32,000 nucleotides of DNA, taken from Nostoc punctiforme PCC 73102 (lineage in GTDB: Bacteria; Cyanobacteriota; Cyanobacteriia; Cyanobacteriales; Nostocaceae). The position numbers were made by a program, and so were the translations under genes. Each line of letters begins with the position of its first letter. The first letter of the stretch is position 1. The stretch covers positions 5,880,001 through 5,912,000 of the forward strand of contig NC_010628.1 in NCBI RefSeq assembly GCF_000020025.1. The letters are read 5' to 3'. The notes below the pieces were generated by a model. The model was not told the origin of the DNA. It did not search any database and saw nothing but the letters and a program-made list of their open reading frames with translations. Shown here one piece after another: positions 16,234 to 24,824 of this stretch.

Positions 16234-17064
16234 TTAACCGAAACGTCCACTGATATAGTCTTCAGCTTCTTTAGTTTGAGGAGAACTGAACATCTGGGCT
16301 GTCGGATTAAATTCAACTAATTTTCCGCGACGTTTGCCATACTCGTCAATTTCTGTATTGAAGAAAGCTGTGAAATCTGCCACTCTGGAAGCTTGCTGCA
16401 TATTGTGTGTCACCATGATGATGGTGTATTGCTGCTTCAGTTCTAAGCAGAGTTCTTCTACTTGGCGGCTAGAAATTGGGTCGAGAGCAGAACATGGTTC
16501 ATCCATCAATAATACATCTGGCTTCATTGCGATCGCACGGGCTATGCAAAGTCGTTGCTGTTGTCCGCCAGATAATGCAGTACCTTTCTCTTTGAGTTTG
16601 TCTTTGACTTCATCCCAGATAGCAGCACGTCTGAGAGAATCTTCCACCAATTCATCAACGTTACCTTTGTAACCGTTAGCACGCGGCCCAAAAGAAATAT
16701 TTTCGTATATTGACTTGGGGAAAGGATTTGGTCTTTGAAAAACCATTCCGACTTGGCGGCGTAATTTGACAGAATTTATCTTAGGATCGTAAATATTGCG
16801 ATCGCGGTAATTCAGTCTACCCTCAACCTTAGCTCCAGGGATTAAATCATTCATCCGGTTGAAGCAACGCAGTAAAGTACTTTTACCACATCCTGAAGGC
16901 CCAATAAAAGCAATAATTTGTTTTTCAGGAATCTTGAGATAGACATCTAAAAGTGCCAGAAATCCACCATAGGAAACTTTCACACCTTCAACATCGAATA
17001 CGCTCTTATCATAGTCGATTGTGGCACTATCTGATTGACTTCTACTACTATTGCTATAAGTCAT
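16234..17064 (-). CDS. pstB: Phosphate ABC transporter ATP-binding protein PstB
   Basis: 276 aa. Walker [10 protein letters not shown], the PstB-typical [24 protein letters not shown], the signature [14 protein letters not shown] and Walker [12 protein letters not shown]. Confidence 0.95.
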   Translation of the reverse strand: MTYSNSSRSQSDSATIDYDKSVFDVEGVKVSYGGFLALLDVYLKIPEKQIIAFIGPSGCGKSTLLRCFNRMNDLIPGAKVEGRLNYRDRNIYDPKINSVKLRRQVGMVFQRPNPFPKSIYENISFGPRANGYKGNVDELVEDSLRRAAIWDEVKDKLKEKGTALSGGQQQRLCIARAIAMKPDVLLMDEPCSALDPISSRQVEELCLELKQQYTIIMVTHNMQQASRVADFTAFFNTEIDEYGKRRGKLVEFNPTAQMFSSPQTKEAEDYISGRFG

Positions 17065-17115
17065 TTTTCGTTTCCCCTAATATTTGTGAATGTATCCAAT
17101 TAGATATTTAATTAC

Positions 17116-18015
17116 CTAACGTATTGAGAAGCGTTGTCTAATATAAATTGCTACACCATTTAAAACTAAAATCAGGAGTAACAACGCGATAATTGTCGCT
17201 GCTGCTGCATCAGCAAAACCCGGTTCAGGACGAGTGATGTAACTGTAAATTTGAATGGGTAATGCCATAAATCTCTGAAACAAACCGGGGTCAAAAGTGA
17301 GAAAACCCACAGCACCGACAACAATTAGAGAGGCTGCATCACCAATAGCGCGGGATACAGAGATAATCACGCCTGTCAAAATACCGGGAATAGCATAAGG
17401 TAAAACATGACTGCTGATAGTGCGCCATTTTGTAACACCTAACCCATAAGAAGCATTTCTCAGGGAATCTGGGACGGCGCGAATTGCTTCTCTAGCTGTC
17501 ACAATAATTACTGGTAAGGACAACAAAGATAAAGTCAACGCGCCAGAAATTAAAGCGGGGCCGAACCCAAGCAAATAATTGAAAACTCCTAAACCCAGCA
17601 ATCCATAAACAATAGAAGGTACACCCGCCAGATTACTGATGTTAATTTCAATAATCGCTGTCCACCAAGCTTTAGGTGCATACTCTTCTAGATATAATGC
17701 TGCTCCAACACCAATGGGTACAGTAACCAAAATTACAACTGTTCCTAAAAGAACACTGCTGATAATTGCAGGACGAATACCACCTTGGTCAGGAAAACGA
17801 GAAGGAGTTTCTGTGAGAAAACCGGGTGTTAAAAATCTGCCTAATCCATCTCGAAAAATATCAAAAAGTAGCAATACTAGGATAAATAAACCAATTAATA
17901 ATCCTAATAAAAAAATTACTTCAAATACTTTTCCTAAGGTCTCCCTACTTTCAACATTATCGGTAAATTCTGCTGCCGAATCTAGAGAATCATCTTGTTG
18001 ATAACTTGTAGCCAT
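17116..18015 (-). CDS. pstA: Phosphate ABC transporter permease PstA
   Basis: 299 aa polytopic membrane protein with an EAA-type loop region (REAIRAVPDSLRNASYGLGVTKW). It is the second permease, between pstC and pstB. Confidence 0.9.
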   Translation of the reverse strand: MATSYQQDDSLDSAAEFTDNVESRETLGKVFEVIFLLGLLIGLFILVLLLFDIFRDGLGRFLTPGFLTETPSRFPDQGGIRPAIISSVLLGTVVILVTVPIGVGAALYLEEYAPKAWWTAIIEINISNLAGVPSIVYGLLGLGVFNYLLGFGPALISGALTLSLLSLPVIIVTAREAIRAVPDSLRNASYGLGVTKWRTISSHVLPYAIPGILTGVIISVSRAIGDAASLIVVGAVGFLTFDPGLFQRFMALPIQIYSYITRPEPGFADAAAATIIALLLLILVLNGVAIYIRQRFSIR

Positions 18016-18020
18016 ACTTA

Positions 18021-18962
18021 TTAATCGTATTTTTCTTTAAAGCGATTTGCAACCCAGTAACTAACAATATTCAAAGCTAAGGTAATTACAAACAGAACAG
18101 CACCTACAGCATATAAAGTCTTGAAATTGAGACTACCACGTGGGCTATCTCCACCAGAAATTTGTGCCATGTAAGCTGTCATTGTTTCTATTGATTCCGC
18201 AAAATTAACAGTCAGCTTTGGCTGTAGTCCGGCGGCAATTAGGACAGTCATTGTTTCACCCACAGCGCGAGAAATACCCAATATAATTGAGGCGATGATT
18301 CCTGAAAGTGCGGCTGGTAGAACTACTTTAAAAATGGTTTCCAATTTAGTGATACCTAAAGCATAAGATCCTTCTCGCAAAGAGCGGGGAACTGCTTTAA
18401 TAGCATCTAAGCTGATAGAACCAACAGTAGGGGTAATCATTACACCCATCATTAAACCTGCGCTCAAAGCATTGAATATTTCCAGAGGGATAATATGCCG
18501 TAACAATGGTGTGACAAACAATAGCGCAAAGTAACCATAGACTACTGTTGGTATTCCTGCCAAAAGTTCTACTGCTGGACGTAAAACTGCTGCCACTTTT
18601 GGTTGAGCATACTCACTTAAATAAATGGCCGAAGATAAACCCAAAGGAATAGCAACTGCCATTGCAATAGCTGTAGTCAAAAAAGTGCCATTAATCAAGG
18701 GCCAAACACCAAAATGTCTATCTGCAAATAGAGGTGTCCATTTAGTATCAAGAAAGAATTGGGCAAAGGAAACTTCTTGGAAAAAACCAAATGTCTCTTG
18801 AAAGATAATTACGACAATACCAAAGGTAGTTAAAACAGAAACTAAAGCACAAGCAAATAAAATTACTGCAACAATCTTTTCAGAGATATCTTCAGATGGA
18901 TTTTTATCCAGTGACTGTCTAGAGAGTAAATAAGGATCTTCTTGAGAATTGATATTTTGCAT
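18021..18962 (-). CDS. pstC: Phosphate ABC transporter permease PstC
   Basis: 313 aa polytopic membrane protein with the loop [26 protein letters not shown]. It directly follows pstS and ends 5 nt before pstA. Confidence 0.9.
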   Translation of the reverse strand: MQNINSQEDPYLLSRQSLDKNPSEDISEKIVAVILFACALVSVLTTFGIVVIIFQETFGFFQEVSFAQFFLDTKWTPLFADRHFGVWPLINGTFLTTAIAMAVAIPLGLSSAIYLSEYAQPKVAAVLRPAVELLAGIPTVVYGYFALLFVTPLLRHIIPLEIFNALSAGLMMGVMITPTVGSISLDAIKAVPRSLREGSYALGITKLETIFKVVLPAALSGIIASIILGISRAVGETMTVLIAAGLQPKLTVNFAESIETMTAYMAQISGGDSPRGSLNFKTLYAVGAVLFVITLALNIVSYWVANRFKEKYD

Positions 18963-19011
18963 AAACAGTTAAGTTTGAACTCTACTCAGACTACAATAAC
19001 TGCAACTTTAT

Positions 19012-20013
19012 TTAAATAAAGTTTGTGATGGGTTCACCTGGTTTTGCTTTTTTAAACTTTGTCCCAGTTTCACCCGTAGCAAATTTTTGTTTAACCTTGA
19101 CATAAGCTTCATCGGGTAATGCCACATAACCAACACTATCTACCCACTTCCAAGAATTTTCTAGATAAAAATCTACAAATTCTTTGACTGCTGGCTTTGT
19201 ATCTAAAGACTTTTTACTGACATAGATAAACAGAGGACGAGATAAAGGTGTGTAGATGTTTTTGATCACATTATCTACTGGCACTGGTTTTTCGCACTTT
19301 CCAGTAGGACTTTCTACAGCAACCAGATTGAGTTTTTCTTGGTTTTGAATGTAATAAGATATCCCGACATAACCCAATGATGAGACATCGCCGGATACTC
19401 CTTGTACTAAAAGGTTTTGATTGTGGCTGGGAGTGTAATCTGTGCGGCCATTTTTGGCTTTACCTGTAACAGCTTGAGTCATATAATCAAAGGTTCCAGT
19501 ATCGGAAGCTGGAGCATACAGTTTCAGCTTTTGGTTAGGAAATTTGGGATTAACTTGATTCCAATTTAAAATTTTACCGTCTGATTTAGCACCCCAAATT
19601 TTTCCCAATTCTTTAATTGTTAGACATTTGGCGAAGTTATTTTGACGGTTAGCAATCACAGCGATACCATCTAAAGCTATAGGTAACTCGACAAAATCAA
19701 TATTCTTACTTTTACATTTTTTGATTTCTTCATCTCGAATGGTACGAGAAGCACCGGCAATATCAATATCACCATTACAAAATTTACTGAAACCACCACC
19801 AGTTCCACTTGAAGCAACGCTAACTTTTGCTTCAGGTTTCACCTTTTCATATTCTTCTGCAACTGCTAAAGAAACAGGAAAACCTACAGCAGCACCGTCA
19901 ATACTCACTTGACTTTTTAATTCCTGTCCGCTATTACAAGCCGTGATACTGCTAGTAATCAGCATTAAGAAGGTGAGTAAAAAGCCATCTTTCAATCGGC
20001 TATGAAAGCTCAT
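19012..20013 (-). CDS. pstS: PstS-family phosphate-binding lipoprotein
   Basis: 333 aa. Signal peptide with lipobox (LMLITSSITAC). The motifs IDGAAVGFPVSLAVAEEY...SGTGGGFSKFCNGDIDIAGASR are typical of cyanobacterial PstS/SphX-type binding proteins. Confidence 0.9.
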   Translation of the reverse strand: MSFHSRLKDGFLLTFLMLITSSITACNSGQELKSQVSIDGAAVGFPVSLAVAEEYEKVKPEAKVSVASSGTGGGFSKFCNGDIDIAGASRTIRDEEIKKCKSKNIDFVELPIALDGIAVIANRQNNFAKCLTIKELGKIWGAKSDGKILNWNQVNPKFPNQKLKLYAPASDTGTFDYMTQAVTGKAKNGRTDYTPSHNQNLLVQGVSGDVSSLGYVGISYYIQNQEKLNLVAVESPTGKCEKPVPVDNVIKNIYTPLSRPLFIYVSKKSLDTKPAVKEFVDFYLENSWKWVDSVGYVALPDEAYVKVKQKFATGETGTKFKKAKPGEPITNFI

Positions 20014-20082
20014 AAATTATGAATTGGTGTAAAATTATTGAAAATTATTTATGCTTGGCTAGCTGCTAGAAAAATATAGATA

Positions 20083-21240
20083 TCATGCTTTGCTGGCAGC
20101 TTGAACTTTGTCAAAAATTGCCCCATCCCCAAAAAACTTTTTCTGGATAATATCCCAGCCACCTAAATCTTGAGATGTGAATAAAGTTTTAATTGGCGGA
20201 GGTTGTGAGGCTACTTCTTGGGTAACTGTGGGGTTAACAGGACGATATTGTAATTTTGCAAATTCCCGTTGAGCTTCTGTTGAGTAAAGAAAATCAACAA
20301 AGGCTTGTGCAACTTCTCTTGTACCGTGCTTATCAACGTTTTTATCTACTATTGCTACAGCATTATCAATGGAGATATTCACTTGGGGTACAACATAAGG
20401 CAACTTAGCCCCATTTTTACCCGCCAAAATTACCTCATTTTCGTAGTTAATTAAAACATCTCCCTGACCTTTTTGGAAGAATAAATCGCTAGCCTCACGG
20501 GCATCTTTCGTTAAAATAGGGGTATTTTTATAAACTTTAGTGACATAATCTAGCGCTGTTGCCTCATCACCGCCTGTTAGAGTTACCGAACCCCAAAAAG
20601 CCAAGAATTCCCAAATAGCAATACCAGAAGTTTTTGGGTTAGCTGCAATCACTTTCACGCCATCTTTTGCCAAGTCTGCCCAAGTATTGATGCCTTTGGG
20701 ATTGCCTTCGCGAGTGACGATCGCAGCAACCGATCTACTAACAATACCATTTCTCGGAGCTTTGGTTTCCCAACCCGATTTAATCAAACCTGCTTGCTGA
20801 ATTTTGCTGACATCCAGAGGAAGCGCCAAATGTACTATATCTGCTTCTTGGGAACCAGCAATCACAGCCGCCGCTTGAGCTACAGAACCACCATAACTCT
20901 GCTCAAATGTGACGTTTTGGTTATGTTCTTGCTTCCATTTTTCGACAAATTTGGGGATTATCTGGTCATGAGCCGCTTTGGTGACAGAGAAAGAAACGAG
21001 TTTCAATTTGACATCATTTTTGCTAGCTGAACTGCTTCCAGAGCAGGAGGCAACTGTTATACTCAAAAAAGCACCTACTAGAAAGAGACTCACAAAGCTT
21101 TGCACAGTGTGTCTATTCAACCAATTTCTAATTGTCTGTTGATATGAGAGTTGTATAGTATGCAATGCTTTCATGACATAAGACTGCATTCTTTCAGTTA
21201 GCAATTTACTCAAATGTGCCGTTTGTTGCGACTCGCTCAT
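20083..21240 (-). CDS. Sulfate/thiosulfate-binding protein (Sbp/CysP) family substrate-binding lipoprotein, first gene of the pst cluster
   Basis: 385 aa. It resembles Sbp/CysP over its whole length as I recall those sequences (SYGGSVAQAAAVIAG..ADIV.LAL..D, NPKTSG.A.W..LA.WG, GQGDVLINYENE, VD.NVDKHGTREVAQAFVDFLYSTEAQ). Lipobox ITVASC after a long N-region; internal Met codons 18 and 23 are alternative starts. Only 69 nt separate it from pstS on the same strand. Confidence 0.8.
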   Translation of the reverse strand: MSESQQTAHLSKLLTERMQSYVMKALHTIQLSYQQTIRNWLNRHTVQSFVSLFLVGAFLSITVASCSGSSSASKNDVKLKLVSFSVTKAAHDQIIPKFVEKWKQEHNQNVTFEQSYGGSVAQAAAVIAGSQEADIVHLALPLDVSKIQQAGLIKSGWETKAPRNGIVSRSVAAIVTREGNPKGINTWADLAKDGVKVIAANPKTSGIAIWEFLAFWGSVTLTGGDEATALDYVTKVYKNTPILTKDAREASDLFFQKGQGDVLINYENEVILAGKNGAKLPYVVPQVNISIDNAVAIVDKNVDKHGTREVAQAFVDFLYSTEAQREFAKLQYRPVNPTVTQEVASQPPPIKTLFTSQDLGGWDIIQKKFFGDGAIFDKVQAASKA

Positions 21241-21259
21241 CAGAATTCACCCCTAAATC

Positions 21260-21297
21260 TACGGTATTTCTAAACAGATACCGTATTAGAAATTATA
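21260..21297 (-). promoter_or_regulatory. Candidate -10 box with interleaved inverted repeats in the leader of the sbp-like/pst operon
   Basis: Minus-strand TATAAT (plus 21292-21297) is followed by TTTCTAA-TACGGTAT-ctg-TTTAGAA-ATACCGTA. The pairs are TACGGTAT (21260-21267) / ATACCGTA (21278-21285) and TTTCTAA (21267-21273) / TTAGAAA (21286-21292). It lies 20-55 nt upstream of ATG 21240. Confidence 0.3.
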
Positions 21298-21745
21298 GGG
21301 TATATAGAATAATATTTATCATCTGGCTTCAATTTTTTTATGAGTAGCAACACTAGGGCCTAAACTTTGCGTTCTGCCAAACTTCAAAAAGCTGATTTGT
21401 CTACAGCATACATACATTGTTTTTGTATAGAATTGCCACAATAATTGATTACTAAGAATTGGGGAGAAGCTAAAAAAGTTTCTCCCTTTTTGTCCATAAA
21501 AGACCTCTTTCTGGTTTTATTACGCAAAACCTGTCCCTCTCAGAAGCAGAGAGGGAGAGAATTGAAGTTTAAAGAAGTTCGTTGCCCTTACGTAACATTA
21601 GTTCAGTTGGTGGCTGAGGCAATTCTCAAAAATCGATATAATTCGTAAGATTGATATAAGTATCTTCACTAGTAATTTAGCCGTATACTCTACTCGTATT
21701 GTTACAACCAGCTTAGGATAGACTAAAAGCACTTTTTGCAAAATA

Positions 21746-21961
21746 ATGGTAGAAAAAATCACAGCTGTGTTTAATGGCAAAGTCTTCTATCCGGCTGAAC
21801 CGATCGCACTGCCAATCAATACCCGCGTGCGAATCAGTATTGAAATTTTACCGCCAAGCGAACACGAAACGGTGTCATTTCTGCAAACGGCGCGATCGCT
21901 CAACCTAGATGGGCCACCTGACTGGTCTAGCAATATAGATAAATATTTGTACAGTAAGTAA
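21746..21961 (+). CDS. DUF104 (AF2212-like) family antitoxin
   Basis: 71 aa. MVEKITAVFNGKVFYPAEPIALPINTRVRISIEILPP matches the short beta-rich DUF104 antitoxin pattern. Its stop lies 7 nt before the PIN gene. Confidence 0.75.
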   Translation: MVEKITAVFNGKVFYPAEPIALPINTRVRISIEILPPSEHETVSFLQTARSLNLDGPPDWSSNIDKYLYSK

Positions 21962-21968
21962 ACTTCTC

Positions 21969-22394
21969 ATGCATTCTGAAGTCTTTCTTGATACATCATT
22001 TGCCATTGCTTTATCTGCACCGAGCGATCGCTTGCATGACCGAGCCTTACATCTGGCTAAAATGTTACAAGCGGCAGAAACTCATTTGGTGACAACACAG
22101 GCGGTAATGTTGGAAATTGGCAATGCCTTATCTCAACAACCTTATCGTCAGGCGGCAATTATATTATTAAATTCTTTAGTAGCAGACTCCAAAGTAGAAA
22201 TTGTCCCTCTCTCTCAAGAACTTTACGAACGTGCTTTTGAGCTATATCGGGAACGAACTGAGAAAGAGTGGGGATTTGTGGATTGCGTATCTTTTATTGT
22301 GATGCAATATAGCGGAATCACTGAAGCACTGACTGCTGATGAGCATTTTCAACAAGCAGGATTTCGAGCTTTACTGCGAGAAAGCTTGCCTTAA
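21969..22394 (+). CDS. PIN-domain ribonuclease toxin (VapC-like)
   Basis: 141 aa. The four PIN acidic positions are recognisable (VFLDTSF, MLEIGNA, GFVDCVS, LTADEHF). Confidence 0.85.
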   Translation: MHSEVFLDTSFAIALSAPSDRLHDRALHLAKMLQAAETHLVTTQAVMLEIGNALSQQPYRQAAIILLNSLVADSKVEIVPLSQELYERAFELYRERTEKEWGFVDCVSFIVMQYSGITEALTADEHFQQAGFRALLRESLP

Positions 22395-22779
22395 GAGCCA
22401 ATACGGTTCAGTTCAGGATAATTGTAGTAGCACGATAAGCTTAATTTGAGGGTTGAATAATAGAATAGACATCTCCCAAAAAGAATGTAAAGACGTTGAA
22501 TTGCAACGTCTCTACAAGGGTTTCAAGTAACGTATAATTAATTTCTGGAAATGTCTAATGGTATTATTTAGGACTTTATAGGTTTTTTAAACCCAGTGTT
22601 TTAATGGCTGACGCACTAGTAGCGACTGTTGTGTTAGCTTCCTGTTTTCTGATGAGACTTCAGTAGGGATCTTAAACTGGAACGATTATCAAAATATATA
22701 GTTAAGAATCCCATTGCCTTAAGAGAATGTTTGAAAAGTCTGTAGTAGTGTATCAAAATATTTGTTTACCCCACCCTAA

Positions 22780-22850
22780 CCCTCCCCGTATGTATTGGGG
22801 AGGGAACTGGATTATTTAGTTTCCCTCCTTTCCAAGGGGAGATTAAGGGG
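22780..22850. repeat. Dispersed CCCTCCCC/GGGGAGGG hairpin repeats upstream of the TPR gene
   Basis: CCCTCCCC (22780-22787) gtatgtatt GGGGAGGG (22797-22804) is followed by a second imperfect hairpin, tttccctcctttccaaggggagattaagggggg. Confidence 0.6.
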
Positions 22851-22859
22851 GGTAAAAAT

Positions 22860-24752
22860 GTGATTTCACAGCCAACCACTTTTAAAACAACCTCTAAGCT
22901 AGGGAATGTTGAAACCCAAGAAAATTATTATATGAATGCTGAAGAATTTTTAAACCAAGGATTGAACCATAGTTTGCAAGGCGATTATCAAGAAGCGAAC
23001 GCAGCTTATACCCAGGCAATCAAGCTCAACCCTAACTTTGCTGAAGCTTACCATAATCGAGGAATTATTCTTACCGATCAACTCAAAGATTATCGTGGTG
23101 CGATCGCAGATTTTAATCGGGCTATAGAAATCAATCCTAATTTTGCCACAGCCTATTATCACCGGGGTAATGCACATTACTTTTTAGGCGATTATCAAGG
23201 AGCGATCGCAGATTATAATCAAGCATTAGAAATCGATCCCAATCTCGCCCAATTTTACCACAGCCGGGGTAATGCCTACTTTGCCTTAGAAAAATACGAC
23301 AAAGCGATCGCTGACTATATCCAAACAATAGAAACTAGTACCCAGTTAGCTGATAATATCAATATTGATATTGCTAATGCTTATCATAATCGGGGTGTAG
23401 TTTGTTTTGAAAAGGGCGATCGTCAAGGAGCAATCGCAGATTTTCAACAAGCTTTACAGTGGTATCCCAATTTTGCCGCAGCTTACAGCAATCGGGGTAA
23501 TATTCACCATATCTTAGGAAATTTCAAGGAAGCGATCGCCGATCATGACCGAGCATTACAATTAGATCCGAAGTTGGCGGAGGCTTATCATAATCGAGGT
23601 AATGCCCACTACTCTTTAGAAAATTATCAAAGTGCGATCGCAGATTACAACCGCGCTCTAGAAATCAATCCCAGGTTTGCTGGAGCATATTACAACCGGG
23701 GTTTGGTTCTAGCTCATCTCAAAGAATATCACCGAGCAATTGAGGATTTTAATCAAGCGCTAAAGTTCAATCCTGATGATGTGCAAGCTTATTGTGAACG
23801 AGGTCTTGTCCGTAGTACCCTTGAAGACTATGAGGGTGCGATCGCCGATTATGATCGAGCGTTACAAGAAAATCCGACTCTAGCTTTAGTATATGGCTTT
23901 CGGGCCAATGCTCTCCGCCGACTGGGAGACTATCAAGGCGCAATTGAAGATAGCAATCGGTTATTACAACTCAATCCTAGTTTAGCTGAAGGATATTGCG
24001 ATCGCGCTGCGGCTCGTCGTTCTTTAGGAGATCATAAAGGAGCAATTAAAGACTACGATCGGGCATTACAGATTAACGATCAATTAGCCGCAGCTTATTA
24101 TGGTCGTGGAATTGCCCGTGAAGCTCTGAAAGATTTACAGGGAGCAATTGATGATAATACCCAAGCGATAGAGTTGGTTCCTGAATTTTCGCAAGCGTAT
24201 TGTAATCGAGGAAATACTCGTCGTCTTTTGGGGGATGAACAAGGAGCGATCGCAGATTATAATCAAGCATTAAAAATTAATCCCGATTTAATTGAAGCAT
24301 ATTACAATCGCGGTTCAACGCATTACGCTTTAGAAGCTTATGAAAGTGCGATCGCAGATTACACGCAAGCTTTACAAATAAATCCTCAATCTGCTGCATT
24401 TTACAGCGATCGCGCTAATGCCCGCTATGCTCTAGAAGATTATCAAGGAGCAATAGAAGATTACAGTCGGGCGATCGCGATCGACTCCAGCTTTGCCGAA
24501 GACTGGTACAATCGGGGTCGTAGTCGTTCTCTATTGGGAGATTTACAGGGAGCGCTCACAGACTTAAACCAAGCCTTACAACTTCAGCCTCATTGGGCTT
24601 CAGCTTACATCCTGCGAGCAGATGTCTACCAAAATCTGGGTGATTCTCAAGGAGCAATTGCGGATTTCCAAAAATCCGCAGATTTGTATTACCAAGAGGG
24701 AAATGTTCAGTATTATCAACAAATTATGGAGCTAATTCAACAGCTTCAATAA
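22860..24752 (+). CDS. Tetratricopeptide repeat (TPR) protein, about 17-18 tandem 34-residue repeats
   Basis: 630 aa from GTG 22860; ATG 22932 (MNAEEFLNQG...) is an alternative start. It is nearly all TPR consensus: AEAYHNRGNAHYSLENYQSAIADYNRALEINPRFA and variants, with a 102-nt period. Confidence 0.9.
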   Translation: MISQPTTFKTTSKLGNVETQENYYMNAEEFLNQGLNHSLQGDYQEANAAYTQAIKLNPNFAEAYHNRGIILTDQLKDYRGAIADFNRAIEINPNFATAYYHRGNAHYFLGDYQGAIADYNQALEIDPNLAQFYHSRGNAYFALEKYDKAIADYIQTIETSTQLADNINIDIANAYHNRGVVCFEKGDRQGAIADFQQALQWYPNFAAAYSNRGNIHHILGNFKEAIADHDRALQLDPKLAEAYHNRGNAHYSLENYQSAIADYNRALEINPRFAGAYYNRGLVLAHLKEYHRAIEDFNQALKFNPDDVQAYCERGLVRSTLEDYEGAIADYDRALQENPTLALVYGFRANALRRLGDYQGAIEDSNRLLQLNPSLAEGYCDRAAARRSLGDHKGAIKDYDRALQINDQLAAAYYGRGIAREALKDLQGAIDDNTQAIELVPEFSQAYCNRGNTRRLLGDEQGAIADYNQALKINPDLIEAYYNRGSTHYALEAYESAIADYTQALQINPQSAAFYSDRANARYALEDYQGAIEDYSRAIAIDSSFAEDWYNRGRSRSLLGDLQGALTDLNQALQLQPHWASAYILRADVYQNLGDSQGAIADFQKSADLYYQEGNVQYYQQIMELIQQLQ

Positions 24753-24753
24753 A

Positions 24754-24808
24754 GGGATTGGGAATTGGGCATGGGGGAGATAAAAATTACCTCTCTCCCC
24801 ATTCCCCA
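24754..24808. terminator. Imperfect hairpin between convergent genes, possible bidirectional terminator
   Basis: gggattgggaattgggcatGGGGAGAtaaaaattaccTCTCTCCCCattccccac. The core stem is GGGGAGA (24774-24780) / TCTCCCC (24794-24800), flanked by GGGAAT-type heptamer remnants. Confidence 0.4.
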
Positions 24809-24824
24809 CTCACTATTCCCTTGT

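Noticed and set aside
20014-21445. Canonical Pho boxes (tandem CTTAACCT-like octamers at 11-nt phasing) upstream of pstS or the sbp-like gene
   Set aside because: I found no such tandem motif by eye in either the 69-nt gap or the 200 nt upstream of 21240. A position-weight-matrix scan is needed before concluding they are absent.
21587-21649. tRNA-like fragment: TTAGTTCAGTTGGT (21598-21611) resembles a D-arm, and CTTACG (21587-21592) pairs with CGTAAG (21644-21649)
   Set aside because: It is only 63 nt. The D-stem cannot pair, there is no T-arm (GTTCGAATC-type) and no credible anticodon stem. At best it is a decayed remnant. tRNAscan-SE or ARAGORN would confirm.
21445-21780. ORFs 21445..21648 (+) and 21598..21780 (-)
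   Set aside because: Both lie in an intergenic region carrying a dispersed hairpin repeat. They overlap each other and the antitoxin start, and show no motifs.
22950-24270. Minus-strand ORFs inside the TPR gene (22950..23177, 23137..23328, 24073..24270)
   Set aside because: They are antisense artefacts of a periodic coding sequence. Two of them even share the repeated peptide MLDYNLRSLL, which reflects the sense-strand repeat.
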